Below the pieces are notes generated by a model. That model searched no databases, was not told the DNA's origin, and saw only the letters and a program-made list of their open reading frames with translations. 63,319 nt of DNA from Acidimicrobiia bacterium (GTDB taxonomy: Bacteria; Actinomycetota; Acidimicrobiia; Spongiisociales; UBA11373), in NCBI GenBank assembly GCA_046714175.1, contig JBKKBI010000093.1:1-63319 (forward strand). The letters run 5' to 3'. The position numbers were made by a program, and so were the translations under genes. Positions within the stretch are counted from its first letter, which is position 1. Each line of letters opens with the position of its first letter. Of this stretch, positions 50,049-58,953 are shown one piece after another.

Positions 50049-51355
50049 CCCAGCACCTCTCCCACCAGATCGGAACCGTATGAACCGGTGATCCGTGCCC
50101 GCACCCAATCCCCCGCTTCGCCCCGATCGAGCAGGATCGCCCCATCGATCTCGGGTGCCTCCCGCACCGACCGCGCCACCGCACGACCATCCTCGACGGT
50201 GTCGACGACCACCTCGAACTCGCGGCCGACTACGGCCGCGCTGCGCGCCGCGGTGATCCGCTCCTGGACCTCCTGCACTCGGCGGGTGCGATCGGCGATC
50301 TCGGTCGCATCGATCTGGCCGTCGAGCGACGCTGCCGGGGTCCCCTCCTCCGCCGAGTAGGGAAAGAAGCCACCCCAGTCGAGCTGCGCCTCCTCGAGAA
50401 ACCCGACCAGAGTGTCGACGTCGTCTTCGGTCTCTCCGGGGAAACCGAGAATGAACGAGGAGCGCAACGCCGCCTCCGGCGCCGCAGCACGAATCCGGGC
50501 GATCAACTCCAGATGGCGCTCGCCGTCGCCGGGACGGCGCATCGCCCGCAGCAGACTCCCCGCGGCGTGCTGCAGACTGAGGTCGAAATACGGCGCGATC
50601 AGTGGGTTGGTGGCCATCTCGGCGATGAGGGCGTCGGTGACCTCGCGCGGATACAGATAGAGCAGCCGCAGCCTCCGCAGACCAGCGACGTCGGACACGA
50701 AGCGCAGCAGCTCGACGATGCCCCCGGGGGCGGCGATGTCACGCCCATAGGCGGCGAGGTCCTGGGCGACGAGCACGATCTCGCCCACTCCATCTCCCGC
50801 GAGGAGGGCGATCTCGTCGCGGATATTCACCGGCGCCCGCGACCGCTGCGGTCCGCGGAACTGCGGGATGGCACAGAAGGTGCATCCCTTGTCGCAACCC
50901 TCGGCAACCTTGACATAGGCGTACGGCGTGGCCGGAGTGGGACGGCGCACCTCGTAGAGGATGTCCATCGGACTGGTGGCGAGACGCACCGGCTGCCAGC
51001 CCGTGAGCCGATCCAGGTCGCCGATCAGCTCGCCGTAACGATCCATCCCGAGCACGGCATCCGCCTCGGGGAGCAGATCGGCCAGCTCGGATTGATAGCG
51101 CTGTGCCATACAACCGAGTACCACGAGGCGGGCGCCCTCGCGGCGGCGATCGGCGTGGTCGAGGATGGTATCCACCGACTCGCGCCGCGCCGCCTCGATG
51201 AATGCGCAGGTGTTCACCATCACCACGTCGGCGAGTTCCAGCGAACCGGCGCGGTCGTAGCCGGCCTCATCGAGGCGCGCCTCGAGTTTCTCGGAGTCGA
51301 CCTGGTTCTTGGCGCACCCGAGCGTGGTCAGCCAGACGGAGGGGCGGGAGGACAT
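50045..51355 (-). CDS. rimO: Ribosomal protein S12 methylthiotransferase
   Basis: LGCAKNQVDSE, EGCDKGCTFCAIP, APEIDG. Confidence 0.95.
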   Translation of the reverse strand: MSSRPSVWLTTLGCAKNQVDSEKLEARLDEAGYDRAGSLELADVVMVNTCAFIEAARRESVDTILDHADRRREGARLVVLGCMAQRYQSELADLLPEADAVLGMDRYGELIGDLDRLTGWQPVRLATSPMDILYEVRRPTPATPYAYVKVAEGCDKGCTFCAIPQFRGPQRSRAPVNIRDEIALLAGDGVGEIVLVAQDLAAYGRDIAAPGGIVELLRFVSDVAGLRRLRLLYLYPREVTDALIAEMATNPLIAPYFDLSLQHAAGSLLRAMRRPGDGERHLELIARIRAAAPEAALRSSFILGFPGETEDDVDTLVGFLEEAQLDWGGFFPYSAEEGTPAASLDGQIDATEIADRTRRVQEVQERITAARSAAVVGREFEVVVDTVEDGRAVARSVREAPEIDGAILLDRGEAGDWVRARITGSYGSDLVGEVLG

Positions 51356-51380
51356 CGCACCGAGTGTAGGAAGGGGCGGG

Positions 51381-51896
51381 TCAGCGGCCCCCAAGGCGCC
51401 GGTAGCGGCCCCGATGACGCAGCAACGGGTCATCACCATCGCCCAGCACCAAGCCCTCCACCGCCCCCTCGATGAGCAGATACCAGCCGGCATCGCCGCT
51501 GCCCATCCAGCGGCACCGCGCCAGCGTGGTCAGGGCGGCGAGCTCGGGGCCGCGGGGGCCGTCGACGAAGTCCAGACCTGCGAAGAGGCCGCCGGGGCTG
51601 GGTCGGACCCCGGCAAAACGATCCGCCAGGGCCTCGTCGCCCGTGGCCAGGGCCGCAACGACGAAACCTCCCGTCGCCGCGATCACATCCCCAAGGTCGG
51701 TGTTGCGGCCGCACAGGAACTGGATTCGGCCCGGTTCGCCGTCGGCGACCATCAGCGACGACACCGTGAGACCGGTGCGATGATCGTCTCGCCCCGCGGT
51801 CACGATGGTCACCGGGGCGGGAAGCCGCCCCCGGAAACGCCGCACCGGATCGCGATCCTCCACCGGGACGGCAAAGGGATCGTCGTCGTGGATCAC
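51381..51896 (-). CDS. Flavin reductase family protein (start uncertain, 51896 or 51932)
   Basis: RRFRGRLPAPVTIVT, GLTVSS, LADRFAG, DPLL.HRGRY. Confidence 0.85.
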   Translation of the reverse strand: MIHDDDPFAVPVEDRDPVRRFRGRLPAPVTIVTAGRDDHRTGLTVSSLMVADGEPGRIQFLCGRNTDLGDVIAATGGFVVAALATGDEALADRFAGVRPSPGGLFAGLDFVDGPRGPELAALTTLARCRWMGSGDAGWYLLIEGAVEGLVLGDGDDPLLRHRGRYRRLGGR

Positions 51897-51938
51897 GACC
51901 GGCACCGTAGCCAGCTCCGCGTCTGCGAACATCGGTCG

Positions 51939-52715
51939 ATGCCTTCCGACGCCGACCTCCGCATCGCCCTCGAGGCCGCCGATGCGGCCGATGCCGCCAC
52001 CACCAGGTGGTTCCGCGCCCCGGACTTGCCGGTCGCGGCGAAAGCCGACCTGAGTCCCGTCTCGGCAGGGGACCGCGCCGCCGAGGAGGCGATCCGGGCG
52101 TATCTCGCCCGCCACCGTCCCCGGGATGCCGTGCTCGGTGAGGAGTACGGGGGGACCGAGGCGCCGGGGCGGCGCTGGATCGTCGATCCGATCGACGCCA
52201 CGGTGAACTTCGTGCGCGGGGTCCCGGTGTGGGCAACGCTCATCGCGCTGGAAGACGCCAATGGGATCGCGGTCGGTGTGGTTTCCGCACCGGCGCTCGG
52301 GGCGCGGTGGTGGGCGGGACGCGGATCGGGAGCCTGGGCCAACGGTCGACGGATGCGGGTGTCGGCGGTGCACCGGCTCGAGGACGCCCACCTCTCCATC
52401 AACTCTGTCGTCACCCACGAACAGCACGGCCTCGGCCCCCAGATCACCGCGCTGTCGCGCGCCTGCGCCCGAACCCGGGGCTTTGGCGACTTCTGGTCGT
52501 TCATGCTGCTTGCCGACGGAGCCGTCGACATCGTGGTCGAACCGGTTGCCGCCGTCTGGGACTTGGCTCCGCTGCTGGTGATCGTCGAAGAGGCAGGGGG
52601 ACGCTTTACCGACCTCGCCGGCCACCGCACCGTCGCCGGGGGGAATGCCGTCGCCACCAACGGGCCACTGCACGACGCGGTGCTGGCGGCCCTGGCCGCT
52701 CCCGCCCGCGGTTAG
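51939..52715 (+). CDS. hisN: Histidinol-phosphatase (inositol monophosphatase family)
   Basis: GEEYG, WIVDPIDATVNFVRGVPVWATLI, RGFGDFW, WDLAP. Confidence 0.88.
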   Translation: MPSDADLRIALEAADAADAATTRWFRAPDLPVAAKADLSPVSAGDRAAEEAIRAYLARHRPRDAVLGEEYGGTEAPGRRWIVDPIDATVNFVRGVPVWATLIALEDANGIAVGVVSAPALGARWWAGRGSGAWANGRRMRVSAVHRLEDAHLSINSVVTHEQHGLGPQITALSRACARTRGFGDFWSFMLLADGAVDIVVEPVAAVWDLAPLLVIVEEAGGRFTDLAGHRTVAGGNAVATNGPLHDAVLAALAAPARG

Positions 52716-52727
52716 CCTCCTCCCTCC

Positions 52728-54002
52728 GTGGACGCGCCCCGATCCCACCCCGATCCCGGGCTGCCAAGCGGGCGGGTGGTGCTCGCCGACCGCTCGGTGC
52801 GTGCCTACCTGGTCGCCGCCTCTATCTCTTCCCTCGGGGCGTTCCTCCAAGCCACCGCTCTCGCCAAGCAGGTATACGACGTCACCGGGTCGGCGCTGGC
52901 ATTGGGACTCCTCGGGTTGGCCGAGTTCCTCCCCGCCGCCCTGCTCGTGCCCTTCACCGGTTCGGTGGCCGACCGCTTCGACCGCCGCAAGGTGGCCGCG
53001 ATCGGCCTCGCCGGAGAGGCGGCGTGCAGCGCCATGCTCGCCGCCTACGCCTGGTCAGACCCCACTTCCTCGTTGCCGCTGTTTCTGCTCGCCTTCCTGT
53101 TTGGTTCGTTCCGGGCCTTCGTCAGCCCGGCAATTCGCTCCCTGCCGCCGTTGGTGGGACCGGCCGGGAGCCTGCCTCGGCTGGTGGCGCTGGGATCAGT
53201 GACCTGGCAGGCAGGGATGATCGTCGGACCGGCGACCTCGGGGTTCCTCTACGACGCGGGTGCCGCCCTCCCCTACCTCTCGGCGATGGCACTATTCCTC
53301 GTCGGGGCCGCCGCCCTGTTGTTGCTGCGGCTCACCCGGACGCAGCAGCGCACCCCGGCGGAGCAGCGCCCCAGCCTGCAACACGCCATGGAGGGGTTGC
53401 GCCTGGTGCGGCGCAACCGGGTGCTCCTCGGAGCGATCAGCCTCGACCTCTTTGCGGTTCTGTTCGGCGGCGCTTATGCCCTGCTCCCCGCCATCGCCGA
53501 CGAACGCCTCGGCGTGGGCAACATCGGATACGGATGGCTGCGCGCCGCCCCCGGTTTCGGCGCGGTGGTGATCACCTTGCTGCTGGCGGTGCGACCGGTG
53601 CGACGCCGGGTGGGCCGGGTGCTTCTCGGCGTGGTGACCCTCTTCGGGCTGGCCACCATTGCCCTCGGGATCACCACCACCTATGTGGTGGCCTTCGCCG
53701 CCCTCGTCGTGCTCGCCGGAGCCGATGCCGTCAGCGTGTTCATCCGCGCCACCATCGTCCCGCTCGCCACCCCGGATGCGATGCGAGGCCGGGTGGCGGC
53801 GGTGGAGAACGTCTTCATCGGCGCCTCCAACGAACTGGGGGCATTCGAGTCCGGGGTGGCGGCGCACCTCATAGGGGTGGCCCCAGCCGTGGTCGTCGGT
53901 GGGTTGGCCACCTGCGGGATCGTGGGCCTGTTCTGGGTGCGGTTCCCCGAGCTGAGGGACATCGACCGGTTCGCGGATCTGGAGAGGCACGCCGGCGGGT
54001 AA
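52728..54002 (+). CDS. MFS transporter
   Basis: [30 protein letters not shown]. Confidence 0.93.
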   Translation: MDAPRSHPDPGLPSGRVVLADRSVRAYLVAASISSLGAFLQATALAKQVYDVTGSALALGLLGLAEFLPAALLVPFTGSVADRFDRRKVAAIGLAGEAACSAMLAAYAWSDPTSSLPLFLLAFLFGSFRAFVSPAIRSLPPLVGPAGSLPRLVALGSVTWQAGMIVGPATSGFLYDAGAALPYLSAMALFLVGAAALLLLRLTRTQQRTPAEQRPSLQHAMEGLRLVRRNRVLLGAISLDLFAVLFGGAYALLPAIADERLGVGNIGYGWLRAAPGFGAVVITLLLAVRPVRRRVGRVLLGVVTLFGLATIALGITTTYVVAFAALVVLAGADAVSVFIRATIVPLATPDAMRGRVAAVENVFIGASNELGAFESGVAAHLIGVAPAVVVGGLATCGIVGLFWVRFPELRDIDRFADLERHAGG

Positions 54003-54019
54003 AGGCACCTGCGAGCGTA

Positions 54020-54049
54020 TACACCAGATGGTGTACGGCAGTGTATACT
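54020..54049 (+). promoter_or_regulatory. vapBC promoter/operator (probably leaderless)
   Basis: Inverted repeat TACACCA-GA-TGGTGTA; TATACT -10 eight nt before ATG 54058. Confidence 0.65.
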
Positions 54050-54057
54050 GCAGGCTC

Positions 54058-54258
54058 ATGGGTCGGACCAACATCGACATCGACGACGAGTTGGTGGCGC
54101 GAGTGATGCGCCGCTACCACGTCACCACCAAGCGGGAAGCCGTTCACCTGGCGTTGCGCCGCGCCGCAGGCGAGCCGCTCAGAGGCAAGGAGTTGCTGGA
54201 ACTGCGGGGATCCGGCTGGAGCGGCGACCTCGAGGCGCTGCGCTCCGATCGATCGTGA
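54058..54258 (+). CDS. vapB: VapB antitoxin
   Basis: [13 protein letters not shown]...[11 protein letters not shown]...WSGDL. Confidence 0.9.
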   Translation: MGRTNIDIDDELVARVMRRYHVTTKREAVHLALRRAAGEPLRGKELLELRGSGWSGDLEALRSDRS

Positions 54259-54650
54259 TCCTGATCGATACCTCGGCGTGGATAGAGTTTCTGCGCGCCA
54301 CCGGATCGCCGACGGATCGGCGCGTCGCGATGATTGCCGGTGCGGACCCTTACGCGATCACCGATCCGATTGCTGCCGAGTTGCTCGCCGGAGCCACCGA
54401 CGCCCACCAGACACGCAGCGTCCGCGCCGTGATCGACTCGGGTCGGTTCTTCCCGGTACGGCCCCTGTTCGACTACGAGGTCGCAGCCGAGCTGTACCGC
54501 GAGTGCCGCCGTGTCGGGGTGACGCCGCGCAGCCTGGCCGATTGCCTGATCGCCGCGGTGGCGATCGGCAACGACCTGGAAGTTCTCGCCGCGGACCGTG
54601 ATCTCGAGATCATCGCCCGGCACAGCCCACTACGGCTGGCTGCGGTGTGA
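54255..54650 (+). CDS. vapC: VapC PIN-domain toxin
   Basis: [26 protein letters not shown]. Confidence 0.92.
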   Translation: MILIDTSAWIEFLRATGSPTDRRVAMIAGADPYAITDPIAAELLAGATDAHQTRSVRAVIDSGRFFPVRPLFDYEVAAELYRECRRVGVTPRSLADCLIAAVAIGNDLEVLAADRDLEIIARHSPLRLAAV

Positions 54651-54662
54651 CCGTGGTGGTTA

Positions 54663-54703
54663 GGGGGAAAGGAGCTCCTCAGCGCACGGTCGAGAATCTT
54701 CCC
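54663..54703 (+). other. attL of serine-integrase element (core TC at 54679-54680)
   Basis: GAGCtCCTCaGCGC matches GAGCgCCTCgGCGC at attR; inner arm GCGCACGGTCGAGAATCTTCCC is an inverted repeat of the attR inner arm. Confidence 0.75.
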
Positions 54704-54736
54704 ACCATTCCCTTCCAGATACGTGTGGCCGCGTAG

Positions 54737-55240
54737 GCTTCCTGTTTGAGACGAGCAAGGAGACCACGAAGGTGGAGGCGGGCCTGGCGTGGCGCCCTTA
54801 GCCGATTGGCTGGGGGCGGCTCCGCAATTCTCAACACATGGGCGGCCCACCGGAACCATCGAACTTCTCTGGAAGACAGACGGCAGCTTGCATCAGCGCT
54901 TCGAGGGTCGGACCTCCCGGTAGCCGAGATCGGCCGGGGGACCGCTCCGATCGATGCGACCGCGCAATTGGCCCTGCGCGTGCAAGGCGACCGCTACCCA
55001 ATGCTGGTTCTCGAGACCAGACGCGACTTTGCCGAGAGCGTGGTTAGGGAAGATCGCGGAGTCGGACCCTAGAAGCGGCGAGCGCTGGAGGGACACGCTC
55101 GCACCGAGTCTTAGGGATCGACTAGACGATATCGCTGACCTCGCCCACGCCCTCCTAGGTCAGGCGAACGAACTGTCAGATCTGATCCGAGGCGGCCTTG
55201 CCTACCACCATGCGGGGGTCCCGGCGTCGCTCCTACGAGA
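54737..55240 (+). pseudogene. Frameshifted fragment of Ski2-like DEAD/DEAH helicase
   Basis: LSDLIRGGLAYHHAGVPASLLRE motif; upstream frame PMLVLETRRDFAESV; no intact start or end. Confidence 0.6.
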
Positions 55241-55318
55241 GTGGGGATGGTTCCGGAGATTTCGTAGGCGCGTTCGGGGGGTTACCTCGATGTGGAGGTC
55301 GAGGAGTTCGTAGACCCG
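55240..55318 (-). pseudogene. LSR C-terminal tail remnant (copy 3)
   Basis: RVYELLDLHIEVTP(+1 nt)ERAYEISGTIPT aligns with VIELLDVRVKTTEEDYEISGSIPL. Confidence 0.7.
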
Positions 55319-55371
55319 GTGTCAAGAGTGACAACGGAACTGTGTCGCGACGAAAGGAACAGCGGGCGTGA

Positions 55372-56370
55372 TCATTGCCGCCATAGCACTGGCGTGACAG
55401 TGTGCACGCCCGCGAGGCCCTTGAGCGTCACCGAGAGGGATGCACCGAATCTGAACTCGGCGTCGTCCCCCAGTAGGGCGCGGACCGAGTCGGATGCCAT
55501 GATCTGCCCCCCTTCGGCTGCGGCTGCGATTCGGGCCGCCTTGTTGACGGTGTTGCCGAGGTAGTCGTTGTCGGCGGCCACCGCGTCGCCGGAATGGACT
55601 CCGACTCGGACGCTCAGCGGTATGTCTCCGAGCGCGCCATCGAGGTGCTGTTGGATCTCGATCGCCGCCCGCACTGCCTCCCGGCTCGAGCCGAAGGCCA
55701 GCATCGCTCCATCGCCGAGGGTCTTTACCACCTCGCCGCCGTGGGAGGTCGCTGCCGAGGCGATGATCCGGTGGTGGTCGTTCAGGACTGAAATCCAGGC
55801 GGCGTCCCCCAGTTGGACGGCGAGGGGGGTCGAGTCCTCGATGTCGGTGAACACCAAGGTGACCGTTCCGTGCCGCCCGGAAAGCACGACCTGGCGACCC
55901 TCGATCGACTCCAGAAGCTTGCTGAGAGAGGTGGTGAGGTCGACGCCGAACGACTCGAGGTTGCTTTCCCCCAGCGAGCGGTGCACTTGCACTATGCGCC
56001 ATATTCCGCTCTCGAGAACCAGCACTGCCGTGAATCGGAAGGGAGAAGGTCGGGCATCGCCGACGAAGATCGACGACCGAGCGGCCACCCAGCCAACCGA
56101 ACCCAGGTGGTAGGCCTCGAGTTCGAGGTCTTCATTGTGGTGAGGTAGCCATCCCTCGACGAAGGTCGAATAGGCGTCGACCATGTCAGGGCCAGACCAC
56201 CACTCCTGGGGATCGGTCCCCACGTATCTGGTTACTGCGGAACGCAGGAACATGTTGGCCGCTGTGGCACCCTCGCCCCGTTCCAAGGCGGCAAAGAAGC
56301 GCTCGACGACAGCGCGTAATTCTGGTGAGTCCTCGACGACAGCGCGCAATTCTGGTAAGTCCTTGGACAC
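55372..56370 (-). CDS. SnoaL-like + class III adenylate cyclase
   Basis: VFTDIEDST, VKTLGDG, RVGVHSGD, DYLGNTVNKAARI; N-terminal WRIVQVHRS SnoaL domain. Confidence 0.92.
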   Translation of the reverse strand: MSKDLPELRAVVEDSPELRAVVERFFAALERGEGATAANMFLRSAVTRYVGTDPQEWWSGPDMVDAYSTFVEGWLPHHNEDLELEAYHLGSVGWVAARSSIFVGDARPSPFRFTAVLVLESGIWRIVQVHRSLGESNLESFGVDLTTSLSKLLESIEGRQVVLSGRHGTVTLVFTDIEDSTPLAVQLGDAAWISVLNDHHRIIASAATSHGGEVVKTLGDGAMLAFGSSREAVRAAIEIQQHLDGALGDIPLSVRVGVHSGDAVAADNDYLGNTVNKAARIAAAAEGGQIMASDSVRALLGDDAEFRFGASLSVTLKGLAGVHTVTPVLWRQ

Positions 56371-56417
56371 CCGCCCTCCGGCACCGGGTGGGAGAGGCTA
56401 GTGCGACTTCCCGGGTC

Positions 56418-56579
56418 GGCGCGCATGGTGAGACTGATGCGGAACGGAAAGGCCATTCCGGCCAACTCTTGACCGGGGCTCCGAGGGGCCTCTGCTGAGA
56501 GTTCACCGGGGTTAGTTAGTGGGCCGTGGGTGGGGATGGTTCCGAAGATTCCGTAGGTGCACTCCGGGGTTACCTTGAA
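56418..56579 (-). pseudogene. LSR C-terminal tail remnant (copy 2) containing an intact att-like site at 56458-56509
   Basis: FKVTPECTYGIFGTIPTHGPLTNPGELSAEAPRSPGQELAGMAFPFRISL; 25-bp imperfect inverted arms around TC core. Confidence 0.7.
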
Positions 56580-56611
56580 CCCATCCTCGGTCCTCGCCAT
56601 AGACTCGCCTG

Positions 56612-56787
56612 GTGGTGACCTGGCTGCGTGGTGCCGCCTTGCCGATCGTTGCGCTAATGCTCGCCTCGGGTTGCGGTGGTGCGACTGGTGGGACTTTGCC
56701 GCTGCAACCGTCAACAGGCCAGACAGTCGATGGGGGCGGCACCTCGCTCCCGGCTTCTGGCTCGGGCGGCCGCGTAGTCGACTATCT
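56612..56787 (+). pseudogene. Truncated lipoprotein gene fragment
   Basis: VTWLRGAALPIVALMLASGC lipobox; runs into recombinase fragment. Confidence 0.4.
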
Positions 56788-57500
56788 AGCTTCAGCCTCG
56801 AGGGTCAACTCGAACGGCTGACCACGCTGGCGGGGCGACTCGGCTATGAGTGGGAGGACTTCTGCGACTCCGGGATCTCAGGGGAGAAGCTGGAGGAACG
56901 CGGGGCGATCATGCAGCTGCTGGGCAGCCTGGACCGGTTCGACGCGGTCATGGTCGTGGACGAGTCGCGGTTGGCGCGAAGCGAGGATGTCGCCTTTGCG
57001 ATCCGGGGTGCCTTCCGTGAAGCCAAGGTCCGCCTGATCACCCTCGAGGGTGAGACAGACCTCAGCGACCCCGGTGAGTCCGCCATGTCGGCGGTACGAA
57101 CCGTGTTCGGGGTGATGAGACCGCAGACGGCGCGTCGAGGAAATCCACGAGGAGCGGAGACGCACATTCAGAGACGGTCCCACACTCGGCCTCACCAGCT
57201 CTGAGATCCGTGCAGTCCTCGCAGGGCTCGCTGGCGAACGAAGCGAACTCGACCGAGAGATCCGGACCCTCGAGGGGAAACTCCTCGTCGCCGAGAGAAG
57301 CCCTGACACGGCCGCGACCCTCAGGCACCTCGCCAGCATCGCGGTAGCTCGGCTTGAGACCCCGAACCTCCAACTCCAGGCCGCGGTCATCGAGCTCCTC
57401 GACGTCCGGGTCAAGACAACTGAGGAGGACTACGAGATCAGCGGATCGATCCCCCTCGACACCAGCACATTCGACGGGAAGATGCCGACACGAGCGCCTC
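56788..57500 (+). pseudogene. Large serine recombinase pseudogene (catalytic N-terminus and central recombinase/zinc-ribbon region missing)
   Basis: SLEGQ...DSGISG...DESRLAR resolvase domain; after about 57115 a new frame gives coiled coil then IELLDVRV...EISGSIP. Confidence 0.8.
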
Positions 57501-57516
57501 GGCGCCCCTTACCTCG
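57476..57516 (+). other. attR of serine-integrase element (core TC at 57499-57500)
   Basis: GGGAAGATGCCGACACGAGCGCC-TC-GGCGCCCCTTACCTCG. Confidence 0.75.
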
Positions 57517-57535
57517 CCGCTTCGCACGGTTCACC

Positions 57536-57808
57536 TCAACCACCCAACCCCGCGACCCGAGCGGCCAGCGGCCCCGGGCCGACCGCTTCGAGCAGGGCGG
57601 CGAACGCCGCATCAGCTACGCGCCCCGCGGCCGTGAGATCGGCCGCGGCCAAATCCACCGCCGCGACCAATGACGCAAACGCCCCCACCTGATCCAGCGC
57701 CGCCGCATCGGCGGCGGCCTTGCGCGCCGCGTCGCCGTCGCCCTTCTCCAAAGCCTCCAATGCGCGCTCGGCGGCACTGAGCGCTTTGCGCTGCTGCTGG
57801 CCGTCCAT
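57536..57808 (-). CDS. Hypothetical Ala-rich protein
   Basis: TGATG overlap with E2 stop; helical composition. Confidence 0.7.
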   Translation of the reverse strand: MDGQQQRKALSAAERALEALEKGDGDAARKAAADAAALDQVGAFASLVAAVDLAAADLTAAGRVADAAFAALLEAVGPGPLAARVAGLGG

Positions 57809-58953
57809 CAGCCCGACACCGCCTCGATGGCTGTGCTGACCGCCGACAAGAAGGCCCGCCCCTTGGCCCCATCGATCACACGATGGTCGTACGAGAGGGA
57901 CAGCGGCATCTCCCGCCCGATGCCGATGGCGCCATCGCGCACCACCGGCTTCTCCACCGCCCGGCCCACCGAAAGGATGGCGGTGGTGCCGTAGGGGATG
58001 ATCGGGGTGCCGAAGCCGCCGCCGACCGCACCGATGTTGGAGAGGGTGAACGTGGCGCCCCGCAGGTCGCCCGCGGCCATGGTGCGGTTGCGAGCGGCGG
58101 TCGCAACGCGGACTATCTCGGCGGCGAGGCCGGCGGTGTCGCGGGTGTCGGCCGACCGCACCACCGCGACGAGCAATCCTTCAGGGGTGTCCACGGCGAC
58201 GCCGATGTCGTAGTGCCGGCGCAGCAGGAGATGGTCACCGTCGAGGGTGGCGTTGAACTCGGGGAACTCCTTGAGCACCGGGACCACCGCCTCGATCAAC
58301 AGTGCCTCGAGAGGCATCGCACCTCCCTCGCCGCCGAGGCGGGAGCGTGCGGCGAGGATCGGCCCGGGATCGGCGGTGCCGAAGGTGGTGACGTGGGGGA
58401 TCTCCTGCCAGGAGCGGGTGAGGTTGCGGGCAATGGCGAGCCGGGTGGCGCTGAGGCGCACCCGCTCCACCGGGCCACTCCCCTGCGCCGTCCCCTCGAC
58501 GTCGCCCCGCAAGACGCGACCCCCCGGCCCACTCCCCCGGACGGTGGCGAGGTCGACTCCCATCGACGCCGCCAGACGCCGCACCAGTGGCAGGGCCTGC
58601 GGAGCACCGGATCGGGCCGGCACCGATTCGGCCTCGTCGAGGTTGCCGACGATGGGACGTGCCTCGCGCCGCGGTGCAGCCGCTGGCGTCGGCGCCGCGG
58701 CGCTCCACGATTCCCCCTCCTCTCCGATCACCACCAGCAGCGAGTCGACGGCGAGGGTGGTGCCGGCGGGGGCACCGTGGTGCAGGATCACCCCGGCCCG
58801 CGGCGCCGGGATCTCCACAACGGCCTTGTCGGTCTCGATCTCGACCATGGGCTGGTCGAGTCCGATGCGACTGCCCACCGCCACCTTCCACGCCACGATG
58901 GTGGCCTCGGTGAGGCCCTCGCCGATGTCGGGGAGATGGAACTCGTACGCCAT
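57808..58953 (-). CDS. 2-oxoacid dehydrogenase E2 (dihydrolipoamide acyltransferase)
   Basis: Lipoyl ETDKA, GSGPGGRV, SYDHRVIDG. Confidence 0.94.
   Translation of the reverse strand: MAYEFHLPDIGEGLTEATIVAWKVAVGSRIGLDQPMVEIETDKAVVEIPAPRAGVILHHGAPAGTTLAVDSLLVVIGEEGESWSAAAPTPAAAPRREARPIVGNLDEAESVPARSGAPQALPLVRRLAASMGVDLATVRGSGPGGRVLRGDVEGTAQGSGPVERVRLSATRLAIARNLTRSWQEIPHVTTFGTADPGPILAARSRLGGEGGAMPLEALLIEAVVPVLKEFPEFNATLDGDHLLLRRHYDIGVAVDTPEGLLVAVVRSADTRDTAGLAAEIVRVATAARNRTMAAGDLRGATFTLSNIGAVGGGFGTPIIPYGTTAILSVGRAVEKPVVRDGAIGIGREMPLSLSYDHRVIDGAKGRAFLSAVSTAIEAVSG

Larger units (their letters stand above)
54681..57500. mobile_element. Decayed large-serine-recombinase integrative element
   Basis: attL/attR pair, LSR pseudogene abutting attR, gene fragments, less GC-biased sequence than flanks. 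Confidence 0.75.

Noticed and set aside
54058-54650. vapBC as cargo of the serine-integrase element
   Set aside because: Lies outside attL (core 54679-54680), and no att-like site was found upstream of vapB
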